Of a DNA stretch of 64,000 nucleotides, positions 46,680 through 56,746 are shown piece after piece. A model generated the notes under the pieces. The model saw only the letters and a list, made by a program, of their open reading frames with translations. It was not told the origin of the DNA and ran no database searches. Source of the stretch: Candidatus Omnitrophota bacterium. Its GTDB lineage: Bacteria; Omnitrophota; Omnitrophia; Omnitrophales; Aquincolibacteriaceae. How positions within the stretch are numbered: the first letter of the stretch is position 1; the number at the start of each line of letters is the position of its first letter. Made by a program: the position numbers and the translations under genes. The stretch covers positions 43,960-107,959 of the forward strand of contig JBMONI010000004.1 of the NCBI GenBank assembly GCA_049324575.1, read 5' to 3'.

Positions 46680-46876
46680 AGTCCTGAACTCCTTCAAAAC
46701 TTTGATGAACCAACATCGAACCCCGGAGGTTCGGGATGGCCGGCACTTGAGGAATCATTCCTTAAGTCCTAAAACGCGGTTATTATACTCATTCCCGGGC
46801 GATTTGCCATCAGGATTCTTCGGTTTTTGAACTTTTTCGAGACCGCGGACGCCGACCTTCCGGAAGAAGTCCCGGC

Positions 46877-48808
46877 TCAACCGAAAATTTTGTTGTCGAG
46901 CGCCTTCAGGAGGGCAAAAACGCAGTGCTGGGTATAATCGATCCGCTGTTCGTTGTTCACTAGCGACTGGCGGAACCCCCCGATCGCTTTCTCCGGCTCG
47001 TCGAGGTAGAAGGCATTTTCCTCCGTATATTGCGTCGCCAAAGCAAACCGCAGAGCGCCCCGGAGCGAAGCACGGTACTTTTCGGCCTTCTCCTTGTCCC
47101 CGCGCAGGACAGCCAGCGCATAGGCATCGTTGATGCCTTCGGCGTAGGAAGCCGTGGAATTCGAAGGGTTTTTCTTGAACCCCCCGAGGAGGTCTTTGTA
47201 GGGACTTTCCAGGGGCTGGTGGGTGTCGATCAGCCAATCGTTCATTTCATAGATGAATGCCGCCAGCTCAGGATCGGGCTGGTCCCGGTAAAGGAGGAAA
47301 TAGGCCTGGGTCTGCCAGGGCACAAAAGCCGTGTTCTTGTTCCCCCGCCAGTAATCTCGGTAATAGGAAAAAGCACGCTGGACCGCGTCGCGATAGCGGG
47401 TATCTTTCGTTTCCTGATAGAGGCGCATGAGGGCAAGCATGGCCTCGCCGGGATAGTAATCGGTGCCGGTGTTCTTGTCCGAAAGGAAATAAGTCCGCAG
47501 CGAGCCGTCTTCCTGCTGTTGGCCCAAGATCCCTTCCGCCAAACGCCGGAGGAGTTCCTCCCGGTCCGGATAATCCGGCTGGTGGATCAAGGCCAGGACC
47601 GCGAAAGCGCTATAGGCCAGAGACGATTCGCCCTCAAGCTCGATGAAAGAGGTCTGCTGCTCTTCTTTCATAAAGCTCAGATAATGCCGAAGCCCCGCCG
47701 CGGAATGTTCTTTCAGGCGAGGATCTCCGAGAAAATCCCCCAGGGCCGCCATCGCCCACAACGCCGCCGTCTGGCGGACCTGATTGTTCTTGCCGGAATA
47801 GGCGTTCTTGCTCGGCAGGTACATGTATTCCAGAAGACCGGTCTCCGGATTCATCTGCCGCAGGAACCAGTCGCCCGCCAGGCGGATGCTCCGGCGGATG
47901 AGCGGCGGATCGATCGCCTCGACCGCAAGGAGCGGCTGATGCCGGTAAAGCTCGGTGATCTTCCCGCGGCGGTCGGCCAGGAAATTATCCGTCTCATAGC
48001 GGATGACTTCGGTCTCGGGATCGAGATAACAAGCCTCCGGCAAGCCGGCCTTTTGACAAAGTTGCCGGAGCGTTTTCTTGACCGTATAGTTCTTTTTGAT
48101 CGCGACCGACGGAATGTAAAAAGCGCGCTTATCCCCGGATTCAACCTTCAGTCCATGAATCCCCCGCTCGATCTCCGGTTCCAGCTTTTTTTCACGCCCC
48201 ACTGCTTGCGCGGTCCGGATCACGCTGCTCTGGTTTTGGACCGCTTCTTTGATTTGCTTGCGGTCCGCCCTCCCTTGTAAAGAGACTTGCGCCGGCACTT
48301 CCTTGCGGAGCGGCGTAAAATCCTCCGGCACCAGTTCGCCTTCGGCACTGATCCGCGTCCCTTCTTTCAGAAAGCTAAAGAGAAGCTGGGCGCTCCCTAA
48401 CTCAGCGGAAGTTAACGAAGCCCCGAAACGGTCATCTTTAAGACATTTATCGACGGCTTCCCGGATATCGGCGCCGAGACGGTCAGGCGCGTCCCGGTCC
48501 GCCGACCCGCTCTGGCAGCATCGCGTTTTTCCGTCTAAAAGGACTGAAATGTAGAGTTTGTCATAATCCTTCCCTCCCAGCGGACCCCGCGGCGCCGGCT
48601 CCGGGAGTGGGGATCCTTTCTCGGAGATCCGGTCCAACATCTCAAAAGCTTCTTTCACCAGAGCTTGACGCCACGGCTCTTGCGACGTTTCAGCGGCGCC
48701 TATCGCCCATCCGCCCCCCAGGAAAAGAAATACGATAGCGCCCCGCATCCACGGAAAACCCCGGGGGCTTTTTGCGGTCCGGATGGGAAAAAAACTATTT
48801 CTTTGCAC
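46877..48808 (-). CDS. Exported AMMECR1-domain protein fused to an (alpha/alpha)-barrel domain
   Basis: AMMECR1-like LYISVLLDGKTRCCQSG and GIHGL...YIPSVA...LCQKAGL. Barrel motifs YYPGEAMLAL, FVPWQ and GGFR...RIDYTQH. Start uncertain (GTG 48808 or ATG 48748). Confidence 0.8.
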   Translation of the reverse strand: MQRNSFFPIRTAKSPRGFPWMRGAIVFLFLGGGWAIGAAETSQEPWRQALVKEAFEMLDRISEKGSPLPEPAPRGPLGGKDYDKLYISVLLDGKTRCCQSGSADRDAPDRLGADIREAVDKCLKDDRFGASLTSAELGSAQLLFSFLKEGTRISAEGELVPEDFTPLRKEVPAQVSLQGRADRKQIKEAVQNQSSVIRTAQAVGREKKLEPEIERGIHGLKVESGDKRAFYIPSVAIKKNYTVKKTLRQLCQKAGLPEACYLDPETEVIRYETDNFLADRRGKITELYRHQPLLAVEAIDPPLIRRSIRLAGDWFLRQMNPETGLLEYMYLPSKNAYSGKNNQVRQTAALWAMAALGDFLGDPRLKEHSAAGLRHYLSFMKEEQQTSFIELEGESSLAYSAFAVLALIHQPDYPDREELLRRLAEGILGQQQEDGSLRTYFLSDKNTGTDYYPGEAMLALMRLYQETKDTRYRDAVQRAFSYYRDYWRGNKNTAFVPWQTQAYFLLYRDQPDPELAAFIYEMNDWLIDTHQPLESPYKDLLGGFKKNPSNSTASYAEGINDAYALAVLRGDKEKAEKYRASLRGALRFALATQYTEENAFYLDEPEKAIGGFRQSLVNNEQRIDYTQHCVFALLKALDNKIFG

Positions 48809-50060
48809 GCCCTTTTCCTTTCGATCGTTTTTTGTCCGCTTTCTTTTCGGGACCGGCGCCGGCAAAATCCCCCTCCGGCGCGATCAGACCGTTCTCATAA
48901 GCGCCCAGGATCGCCATGACCGCATGCTGGACATGATCCACGCGGACTTCATCCGCAGTGGCCGTGGCTCGAAAACCTCCCGCCATCAACGGCGCGGTCC
49001 CGGCGCCTTGCGGGATCTGCAGCTGAAGAACGACCTCCAATCCTTCCCGAACGAAATTCGCATAACAGACCGTGCGTTTTTCATCGTTGAGTGCCCGGGC
49101 CACTTCATACGCCCGGTTGATCCCTTCCACCAGCGAGGCGGCGGAAATACTTCTGAAGTTATAATTTTCGCAAGTATCCCCTCGCCCGTATTTAGACGTC
49201 AAGTAATCCGCCATTTCAAAAATAAATTCGGCATAACGGGGGTCCGGATCGATCCGGTACAATTTGGCATAGGCCTGGAGCTGCCAGGGAATGAAGTCGG
49301 AACTCGGTTGCATGCGCCAAAAGCCCCGGTAATAGGGAAAGGCTTTCTCAACGATCCTCTGGTACGCTTCACGGCCATACGTTTTTCGCATCTGCGCCAG
49401 CGCAAGCAAGGCCTGGCCCGGATAAAAACTCTGCGTTCGATCCGTTTTCGCGCCTTCGAGTTCGCCGGCAAACGACAGCGCCTGCCCTTCCGCGGCCCGC
49501 GCTTCCCCGGGAGCGGGGAAAAAGGACCTCAATTTCCCATGTGAGCTCTGCAGCGTTTGGATCCCTCGCGCCAGACCCTGGGCGATATCGGCATAGCGAG
49601 CGGGATCGAGTTCAAGCATGGCAAGGATCAGAAAAGCGGAATACCCCAGCTTAAGCTGCCCGGGAGTCATATTCAGATAGTAATATTGCCCCGGATAATC
49701 GAAAGCCAAATGATCGGAGAAAAAGTCGAGGCCTTTCCGCGCAAGCCGGAGCAGGCGGTCATCCTGAAGATGCTGAGCAAGCGACGCGAGAGCCCAGGCC
49801 GCCGCCGTTTCTCTCAAACGCCCCCCGGCCAGTCCGCACGAGGTCTTTTTCGTCTGGTTCGCATAATTGATGAATTCCTCGTTTTCGTTATTGAGGAACC
49901 ACTCTCCGGCCGCCGTCAAAGCCGATTCGAAACGGCCGGGAGTAGCCCGACTCATTGTCTTCTCTGAGATCGAACCCGCGATTGTGATCGCTCCCCCCAT
50001 CACTACGGCAAGAGATATCCCCATGGCCCCGACGAGATGCTGGATGCGGGATCGCCTCAT
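48795..50060 (-). CDS. Exported (alpha/alpha)-barrel protein, paralogue of the C-terminal domain of the downstream gene
   Basis: N-terminal hydrophobic segment. AGEWFL, FYPGQALLAL, FIPWQLQAY, EGINRAY and GGFR...RVDHVQH align with the neighbouring gene. Confidence 0.8.
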   Translation of the reverse strand: MRRSRIQHLVGAMGISLAVVMGGAITIAGSISEKTMSRATPGRFESALTAAGEWFLNNENEEFINYANQTKKTSCGLAGGRLRETAAAWALASLAQHLQDDRLLRLARKGLDFFSDHLAFDYPGQYYYLNMTPGQLKLGYSAFLILAMLELDPARYADIAQGLARGIQTLQSSHGKLRSFFPAPGEARAAEGQALSFAGELEGAKTDRTQSFYPGQALLALAQMRKTYGREAYQRIVEKAFPYYRGFWRMQPSSDFIPWQLQAYAKLYRIDPDPRYAEFIFEMADYLTSKYGRGDTCENYNFRSISAASLVEGINRAYEVARALNDEKRTVCYANFVREGLEVVLQLQIPQGAGTAPLMAGGFRATATADEVRVDHVQHAVMAILGAYENGLIAPEGDFAGAGPEKKADKKRSKGKGRAKK

Positions 50061-50070
50061 TAATGAACCC

Positions 50071-51465
50071 CTATTTCGAATGTCTGAACCCCGGACTCAA
50101 TATCCCGAGGCATGCTCCCATCAAAGCACACAATAATAACGACATATTCACATGGTCAAGCATAAAACTAATCGACGCATGCCCCAGGATCATCAATACC
50201 GGAACAAAAAAACCCATGCCAAAAAGAAACTGGAATCGACTTGGCGTCCTTTGGAGCATAAGAACAGACTCGATGAAAAATACTAGAATAAAAAGAAAAT
50301 AGAACCAAGCGCCGAGACCCTCTTCCGCGAGAATGGTCAAATAATGGTTCATGGCTTTATAATCCGCCATGTAAACGTTTTGGGGAGAGGTTTTTTTGAA
50401 AGTCTTTCGGTACGGATAATATCCTTTGGTGCCGACACCCCACACGGGGTTTTCTTTGAACATTTCTACCGCATAGTTCGCCCCCCGAATATTATGCGCG
50501 AACGATTGCGGCTCTTCCATCTCATCTTGGAGAGTGCTGACCTCTTGCAACGTTGCCTTAAAATCAATGTTCGTTTTCAAAAATAAAAATAATAAACAGG
50601 CTATTAAAACGCATGGGATGAAGATCCGTCTCGATCGATATTTTAAAATACAGCCCCCTATGAATGTTATTACTCCCATGAGAAAAAAAATGATGGTCCC
50701 ACGTGAATTGAACGCCAAAATCGCAATAAATGAACTACCAATGGTTAGGGCGGGTATTAAAATCTGAATCAGATGGATCTGCCCTTTAATCGGCCGCATC
50801 TTTTTTTCATCATCGAATTGCATGAAGGAATAAATAAAATAACTTATGGAAAGGAAGAAACCAACAGCGAGGACCTCTCCAATCCAGTTCGCGTGGAATC
50901 GATTAGAAATAAGGTATTTTTCAACCGCAGGATGGAAATAAAGCCAATCGGAAGCAAAGGGATTAAGCCGAATGTCATATGCAGAAAGACTTCCCCTCGT
51001 TATTAGTGAAGGCAAAGATAATGAGCATAAGAATAGAACCATCCCTATCGAAACCGAAACGATACCCACAGCTCGCTTTCGAGAAGCAGAAAACACATAA
51101 GCAAGCGCCATGGTTCCTAGACAGAAAAACCAGACGATCGGCTGCTGCGTAAAATTCTCAACAAGAACGATTTTTACGTCTTTGTCTGGCCCATTACTTG
51201 TCGCTGAAAGGAAATAGGCAAATCCCAATCTTATGATTTGGTAAATGCAGAATACACAAAACATCCCAAAACATAATGGGATTCTACGAAGGCTTAAACG
51301 CACATCGCTATTGGCGAAAACAAGAAACAAAACGAGGGTGGAAAAAACCAGTAAACAGCGCAACTCCGCTAACGCAAAAGAATCGTAACCTTTCGAAAGA
51401 AACAATGCTCCGAGCAAGGCTGAGAAAAAAAAATACGGAATTTGTCTCAGATGGCTATTGACCAC
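50071..51465 (-). CDS. O-antigen ligase (Wzy_C/WaaL)-family membrane protein, copy 3
   Basis: About 12 TM segments; HANW, NSRG, PVWGVGT and AMNHYLTILAEEG. AT-rich. Confidence 0.85.
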   Translation of the reverse strand: MVNSHLRQIPYFFFSALLGALFLSKGYDSFALAELRCLLVFSTLVLFLVFANSDVRLSLRRIPLCFGMFCVFCIYQIIRLGFAYFLSATSNGPDKDVKIVLVENFTQQPIVWFFCLGTMALAYVFSASRKRAVGIVSVSIGMVLFLCSLSLPSLITRGSLSAYDIRLNPFASDWLYFHPAVEKYLISNRFHANWIGEVLAVGFFLSISYFIYSFMQFDDEKKMRPIKGQIHLIQILIPALTIGSSFIAILAFNSRGTIIFFLMGVITFIGGCILKYRSRRIFIPCVLIACLLFLFLKTNIDFKATLQEVSTLQDEMEEPQSFAHNIRGANYAVEMFKENPVWGVGTKGYYPYRKTFKKTSPQNVYMADYKAMNHYLTILAEEGLGAWFYFLFILVFFIESVLMLQRTPSRFQFLFGMGFFVPVLMILGHASISFMLDHVNMSLLLCALMGACLGILSPGFRHSK

Positions 51466-51507
51466 AAAAAAATCGTTTTTCCAGACGCCAATTCTTTGCG
51501 GACCGAA

Positions 51508-54500
51508 TCATTCCTGATCGACCCATTCGCAGCAATCACACCGGACCATTTTCTTCCCTTTGGGATCGGTCGGATCCAGTTCTTTCGCAGTTCCATTTGC
51601 TTCGCATATCTCCTCAGGCGCCGGTTCGTCTGGATCCTGCGGATTCTGTTCATCCGGATCAGGGCGGGTATCTCCGACAGACGAGCAAACTTTATCGCTT
51701 GAAATCCCACAAAGCTGAACCCCCTCGCCTTGGCAACATTTGTCTTGAGATTCATCATCCCCATCATCGGCGTCATCCCCCGGATCGGTGTCATCCCCAT
51801 CTTCATCGCATTTACACCCGCCGACCCCTTGGCATCCGCACATGGTTCCTTCTTCCATCGCCTTCGCAAGCTGTTGAGCCATCTGTTTATGAAGGTTTTC
51901 AACCGAATCATTGGGATCTGCATCTTGCCCTTCCATATGACACGGCGTTGTTACACATCTTTCCGGTTTCGCAGGTTCTTGTTTTATTTCTCCACCCTCA
52001 CCCTGGACCTTGCACATGCTCATCCCCGGACACGAGCAGTCTTCTCCCGGCGTATTGCAATTTTCGTCGCCCGGCTTACACCAGAATGCGCAGGGATTTT
52101 CGATCCCCCAGGCCATACAACGCGCGGTTTGGCGGTCATAAAGATGTTTCGTGCGTTCCGAATCGCTCTTCGACACGCATTCGCCGGTCCAATCACTGCC
52201 CCAGCTGCTCGATGGAGGTATCGGATCTCCGCCTTCAAGACAGCCTTCACCGATGAAACTCACATGACAGTAATTCCCCGCGGGACATTCGCTGTCCGCC
52301 GTGCAATATCCTCCGCCGCTTCCCGCTTTTTCGCAAACCGAATTTTGGCAGACATACCCCGCGGCACAATCCGTATCTTTCGCGCAGGAGGTCGATAATG
52401 AACAGGCACAATAGCCGGTCGTCAGATTGCATTTCCCGGTCCCTCCAGCAGAGGCACAGTCCGAATCCGCTTTGCACAGCGCGGTATTCTTTCGGCAATT
52501 TCCCTGCACACAACATTCGCCCGATCCACATGGAGCAGAAGCCGAACAAGCGTTGCCGAGCGGCTGACAAATCGGTTCCACCGCAGGACAGGTCGTTCCC
52601 TGGCAAGTCGGCTGAAGACAATATTCCCCGGGCTTGCATCGAACACTGCCGCACTGCTCCCCCGTCGTGTTTTCCTGACAGATACCGCCGTAAGTGCTTT
52701 TGACGCAAATAAGATTGCAAGACGCTGAAGAACCCGTCGTCGGACAGCAATTGTTATGCGAAGTGCACGGGGTGATCCCCGCCTGCCCAAGACAGTAGCC
52801 GAACGTATCCGCAGAGGCTTGTCTCTGGCAACTATACCCAAACGAGCAGTTCATGTCGTCCATACACCGCCCGCCGGTGGTGTCAAAAACGCAAGAACCC
52901 AAGGCATCAGATGGTTTGATCTTTTGACATTTTTCGTAATTTTTGCAATCAGCGGCCGTCATGCAAGTCCCGACAGGCTTGCAATCTCCGAGCCCCGCGC
53001 TGCTCTGGAAGCACACATTTCCCGCCATACAATGCGCCGTTTCACGGCATTTTCCCGAAGGAATATTTTCGCAAAGTCCGTAGTCGTCGGAAGGCGCCGT
53101 ACGTTTGCAATACCCATTTTCACCGCAAAGAGAATCATCCTGGCAGGCATTGGCCTTGTTTTGGCATACTCCAGCAGCCCCTTCGGCACCCGCCTGGATA
53201 CAGGATTCATAGGATCGGCACCAGCTGTCATCTTCGCAAGTCCCCGGCACACGGCAGCGGCCGACATTCTCCCGGCCGCTCTTGATGAAACATTCCTCGC
53301 CGGCCGAACAGTCCCCTGGAGTCTCGCATTGTCCCTCGGCCATCGGCGTGCAAAGCCCGAGATCCTTATCGATATCTTCATGGGCCAGGTATTGGCAATA
53401 TTCCCCGTCTTGACACGGGTCCGAAAACTGACAGGCGTTCGCGTTCGCGGAACTCACCTTACAGACCCCGAAACGCTCGTTCGAAGAACTCCGGACGCAT
53501 TCCCGTCCGCTTGGACAATCCGCATTGGTACCGCACTGGCCGGGCGCCGGCGTTCCGCAACGGCCGTAATCATCGGCAGCGCTGACCTTCATACAAACCG
53601 TCCCGGCCCCGCCGCAATCCGAATCGGAGCCGCAGCGCGCAGGATCCGTAATGCATCGCCCGTATTGATCGGCATTGCGGAATTTTTGACAGAGCTCACC
53701 ATTCGCGCAACCGTCCGCGCCCTGGATATCGTAGCGGCAGGATCGTTCCGGATCGATCGAGCACTGCTGAGCAATGCAAACCATGCTTTCGCCGCAGTCG
53801 GCGTTCTCCTGACACTCGACATTCACGCACCGCGCGTCATAGCAAAACTGGTTCGCTCCGCATTCGCTGTCGGAGCCGCAACGGTCATAACACCGTCCGT
53901 CATAGCAGGCCCGCGGCGCGTCCGAGGGGCAATCCGTCGTGTAGGTTCCATCCCCGAGGTCGGTTTCTTGACAAGGTTCGCTGCAACCCCAATCGTCCGA
54001 GCACTCCGTCCCAGGCCCACCGCAAATGCTGTCGATCTTGCAATAGCAAGTATGCGTGGATGAGTTACACGCATGACCGGCCGCCGCACAATCCGAATCG
54101 AACGAACAGCGGTTTGAACGGTCCCCGACCACACAAGCCCCCCCCGGCTCCGAAGGCGAAGACCTGAGGCAAAATTGATCGCTCGGACAATCCGTATGCG
54201 CCGCGCATTCGCGGTCCGCGCAGCGCCCGTAGGGATCGCCCGGGCTGTCCTGTTTGCAGATCTTGGTCGGACTGTTGCAGTCCGTATCCGCCGTGCAATC
54301 GCCGGAAGACTTCCCGCGACAGATCCCGTATGCCCCCCCGCTCTTGTTCTCGCAAATATCCCCCGGCTTGCAGTCCCCGTCCGTTTGACATTCGCACCGC
54401 CCGGCCTCGACCGTGCCGCCGCTCACCGGCCCATCGGAACAGACGGAATAATCCTTGCCGGGCTTCACGCGGCAAACTTGACAGCCGGCACAATCGGTAT

Positions 54501-55134
54501 TGGTTTGGCAGGTCTTGGAAGGATCCAGCTGGCATTTGCCCGTGCTCAGTTCACAGACTTCTTCCGGTTCGCATTCGCTGTCCGCGCGACATCCGTCGAT
54601 ACAACCGCCCTGAGGCGCTCCCGAGGTCGTCCTTTTACAGAACTTTCCGGCGGGACAGTCTTCGCTGCTTTGACAGCCCGAAAAACATTTTCCGTATTCG
54701 TCACCGACCGATTCCTTGAGACAATGCTGGCCTGACTCGCAATCTCCATGGGTCTCGCATTCACCGCTCGATTTTCCGCGGCACAAGCCGTAAGGATCCG
54801 CCGAATTGGCCTTAAAACAGCTGTCCCCTGATCTGCAGTGCTCATCTTCTTGGCATTCGCATCGCCCTTCGGGAACATCCGCGCCGCTCACCGGGCCATC
54901 TACACATTTTTTAGGACTTGCGGCCAAATCACATACCTGACAACCAGAACAATCATCTGAACGAGTGCATTGATCTCGATCTTCAGTAATGCATATCTTA
55001 AGACTGCCGGTCTGTTTGCAATATTGGCCTGAGGGGCAATCGGAATCGACGGCACAAAAGAGAGCGAACGCGGTGACGGGAAAGGATAAAAAGACAGTAG
55101 CGACAAGAACGAACTGTATTAACCGCTTATACAA
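51508..55134 (-). CDS. Secreted cysteine-rich repeat protein (1,208 aa)
   Basis: TTG start after GGAGG; signal peptide ending TAFA; many CxxDxDC...C...G.C repeats; no C-terminal TM helix. Confidence 0.88.
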   Translation of the reverse strand: MYKRLIQFVLVATVFLSFPVTAFALFCAVDSDCPSGQYCKQTGSLKICITEDRDQCTRSDDCSGCQVCDLAASPKKCVDGPVSGADVPEGRCECQEDEHCRSGDSCFKANSADPYGLCRGKSSGECETHGDCESGQHCLKESVGDEYGKCFSGCQSSEDCPAGKFCKRTTSGAPQGGCIDGCRADSECEPEEVCELSTGKCQLDPSKTCQTNTDCAGCQVCRVKPGKDYSVCSDGPVSGGTVEAGRCECQTDGDCKPGDICENKSGGAYGICRGKSSGDCTADTDCNSPTKICKQDSPGDPYGRCADRECAAHTDCPSDQFCLRSSPSEPGGACVVGDRSNRCSFDSDCAAAGHACNSSTHTCYCKIDSICGGPGTECSDDWGCSEPCQETDLGDGTYTTDCPSDAPRACYDGRCYDRCGSDSECGANQFCYDARCVNVECQENADCGESMVCIAQQCSIDPERSCRYDIQGADGCANGELCQKFRNADQYGRCITDPARCGSDSDCGGAGTVCMKVSAADDYGRCGTPAPGQCGTNADCPSGRECVRSSSNERFGVCKVSSANANACQFSDPCQDGEYCQYLAHEDIDKDLGLCTPMAEGQCETPGDCSAGEECFIKSGRENVGRCRVPGTCEDDSWCRSYESCIQAGAEGAAGVCQNKANACQDDSLCGENGYCKRTAPSDDYGLCENIPSGKCRETAHCMAGNVCFQSSAGLGDCKPVGTCMTAADCKNYEKCQKIKPSDALGSCVFDTTGGRCMDDMNCSFGYSCQRQASADTFGYCLGQAGITPCTSHNNCCPTTGSSASCNLICVKSTYGGICQENTTGEQCGSVRCKPGEYCLQPTCQGTTCPAVEPICQPLGNACSASAPCGSGECCVQGNCRKNTALCKADSDCASAGGTGKCNLTTGYCACSLSTSCAKDTDCAAGYVCQNSVCEKAGSGGGYCTADSECPAGNYCHVSFIGEGCLEGGDPIPPSSSWGSDWTGECVSKSDSERTKHLYDRQTARCMAWGIENPCAFWCKPGDENCNTPGEDCSCPGMSMCKVQGEGGEIKQEPAKPERCVTTPCHMEGQDADPNDSVENLHKQMAQQLAKAMEEGTMCGCQGVGGCKCDEDGDDTDPGDDADDGDDESQDKCCQGEGVQLCGISSDKVCSSVGDTRPDPDEQNPQDPDEPAPEEICEANGTAKELDPTDPKGKKMVRCDCCEWVDQE

Positions 55135-55285
55135 CTTCGACCCCTCCTTCCGGCTATTGCGATACTTCTTACAAATCTTTATTATCTTTTGTTAATACAA
55201 CAATAGCCGACAAATTTTCAAAAAGCAAGGCCTACTTGCAGAATTTTTATATAGCAAATTCTAGCAATTTTAAACTGTCCGGTTT

Positions 55286-56746
55286 TCAACTTGAATGACG
55301 AAATCCCGGTTTTAAAACTCCCAGGCAAACGCCCATTAATAAATACAAGAGCAGCGCCATGTTGAAATTTCCGAGCATTTGACTGATGGAAGCATGCGCG
55401 AGGATCATCATGACCGGGCAAAAGACCGAAAGTCCCGCCATGAATTGAAAGCGGCTTCCGGTCCGCACGAGTCCCCGGACCGCGTAAAAAACAAAGGTCA
55501 GCAAAAATCCATAATAGAGCCATGCCCCGAACCCCTCTTCGGCCCGGATCAAAAGGTAATGGTTCATCGGATGAGCCGCCGCCAAGGTCGGTTCCACACG
55601 CCCCCGGTCTACTTCCGTCACGACTTTCGGAAAGACTTCCTCATATCGCCCGGTGCCCACTCCCCACACCGGCGCTTTTTTTGCCATGGCCAACGCCGCT
55701 TTCGCCCCGAGGATATTCTGCTGAAGACTTTGGGGATCCCGCACTTCCCGGCCCAAGGTTCTCACTTCCTGGATAACGGCCGGGGATGAGAGCGCAAATC
55801 CCGCCAGGGCGATGGCCAGAAGTCCGAGCCCCCACAGGACTTTTCGGTAATGCCCGTATTTGAGGAGGAGCCCCGCCGCGAACAAGAATAGCGCGGCCCC
55901 GAAGAAAAGGATCGTCCCGCGGGAATAAAAAGCAAAGACCGCCAAGCCCGCGAAGGCGATCACAGCGAGCAGGCTGACCATCTGAAGCATATTGATCGAC
56001 ATCCGGTTGGCCGAACGGCGGCGGACGGATTCGATATCCATAAATGCATAAATCAATAATCCCAGCGCGACAAAAAAACCCACGGCGATCACATCCCCCG
56101 CCCAGTTCCAATGCGCAAAGCGTCCGAAGATCATTCGGCCCACCACCGGGAGTTCGCTTAAAAAAGAAAAATAGAAACTGTGGGCACTGTCCTTGAGATA
56201 ATCCTGCCCGCGAACGCTTGTGAGCCAGGGCAGGCAATTCACAAGGAGGAAGACCGTTCCATAGACCAGGGACCAGAGCAATGTCCGCACCTTGCTCCGG
56301 CGGGAGCAGAGGCCGTAGCTTATAAGGAAGAGAGCCAGGAAGAAGAACCACTCGGTGGATTGCCCGAAAACCGGCGACGCGCCCGCTTCGACGGCCTGAT
56401 AGTGTTCGTGGCTTGAATGCATAAGCCGGATCCCCTGATACAGGAGGAAAGCCCCGAAAACGGTTCCCGCAGGTGACAGGAGCCCCCGGAGAAGGTTTCG
56501 GTCGAGGAAAAAACCGATTGCCACGCCCCCCATAAGGAGGAGGGCTCCGATCTTCCTCAATTCCACCGTCGCGGCATAATCGTAGCCGACCGCAAACAAG
56601 ACGAGAACCGCATAGGCGCAAAAGAGGAAGAAAATCGCCTTCCGCATCACCGCCTGCGCGGCTGCAGCCAGAGCGCCCATCCGTCCCTGAACTCTCGGAG
56701 CGATCAGGATCGCGGCGTGATTTTGTTCCAGCGATGAGGTTAACAT
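55286..56746 (-). CDS. O-antigen ligase-family membrane protein, copy 2
   Basis: Multi-TM; HWNW, YSRG, PVWGVGTG and PMNHYLLIRAEEG. Start overlaps the upstream stop. Confidence 0.85.
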   Translation of the reverse strand: MLTSSLEQNHAAILIAPRVQGRMGALAAAAQAVMRKAIFFLFCAYAVLVLFAVGYDYAATVELRKIGALLLMGGVAIGFFLDRNLLRGLLSPAGTVFGAFLLYQGIRLMHSSHEHYQAVEAGASPVFGQSTEWFFFLALFLISYGLCSRRSKVRTLLWSLVYGTVFLLVNCLPWLTSVRGQDYLKDSAHSFYFSFLSELPVVGRMIFGRFAHWNWAGDVIAVGFFVALGLLIYAFMDIESVRRRSANRMSINMLQMVSLLAVIAFAGLAVFAFYSRGTILFFGAALFLFAAGLLLKYGHYRKVLWGLGLLAIALAGFALSSPAVIQEVRTLGREVRDPQSLQQNILGAKAALAMAKKAPVWGVGTGRYEEVFPKVVTEVDRGRVEPTLAAAHPMNHYLLIRAEEGFGAWLYYGFLLTFVFYAVRGLVRTGSRFQFMAGLSVFCPVMMILAHASISQMLGNFNMALLLYLLMGVCLGVLKPGFRHSS

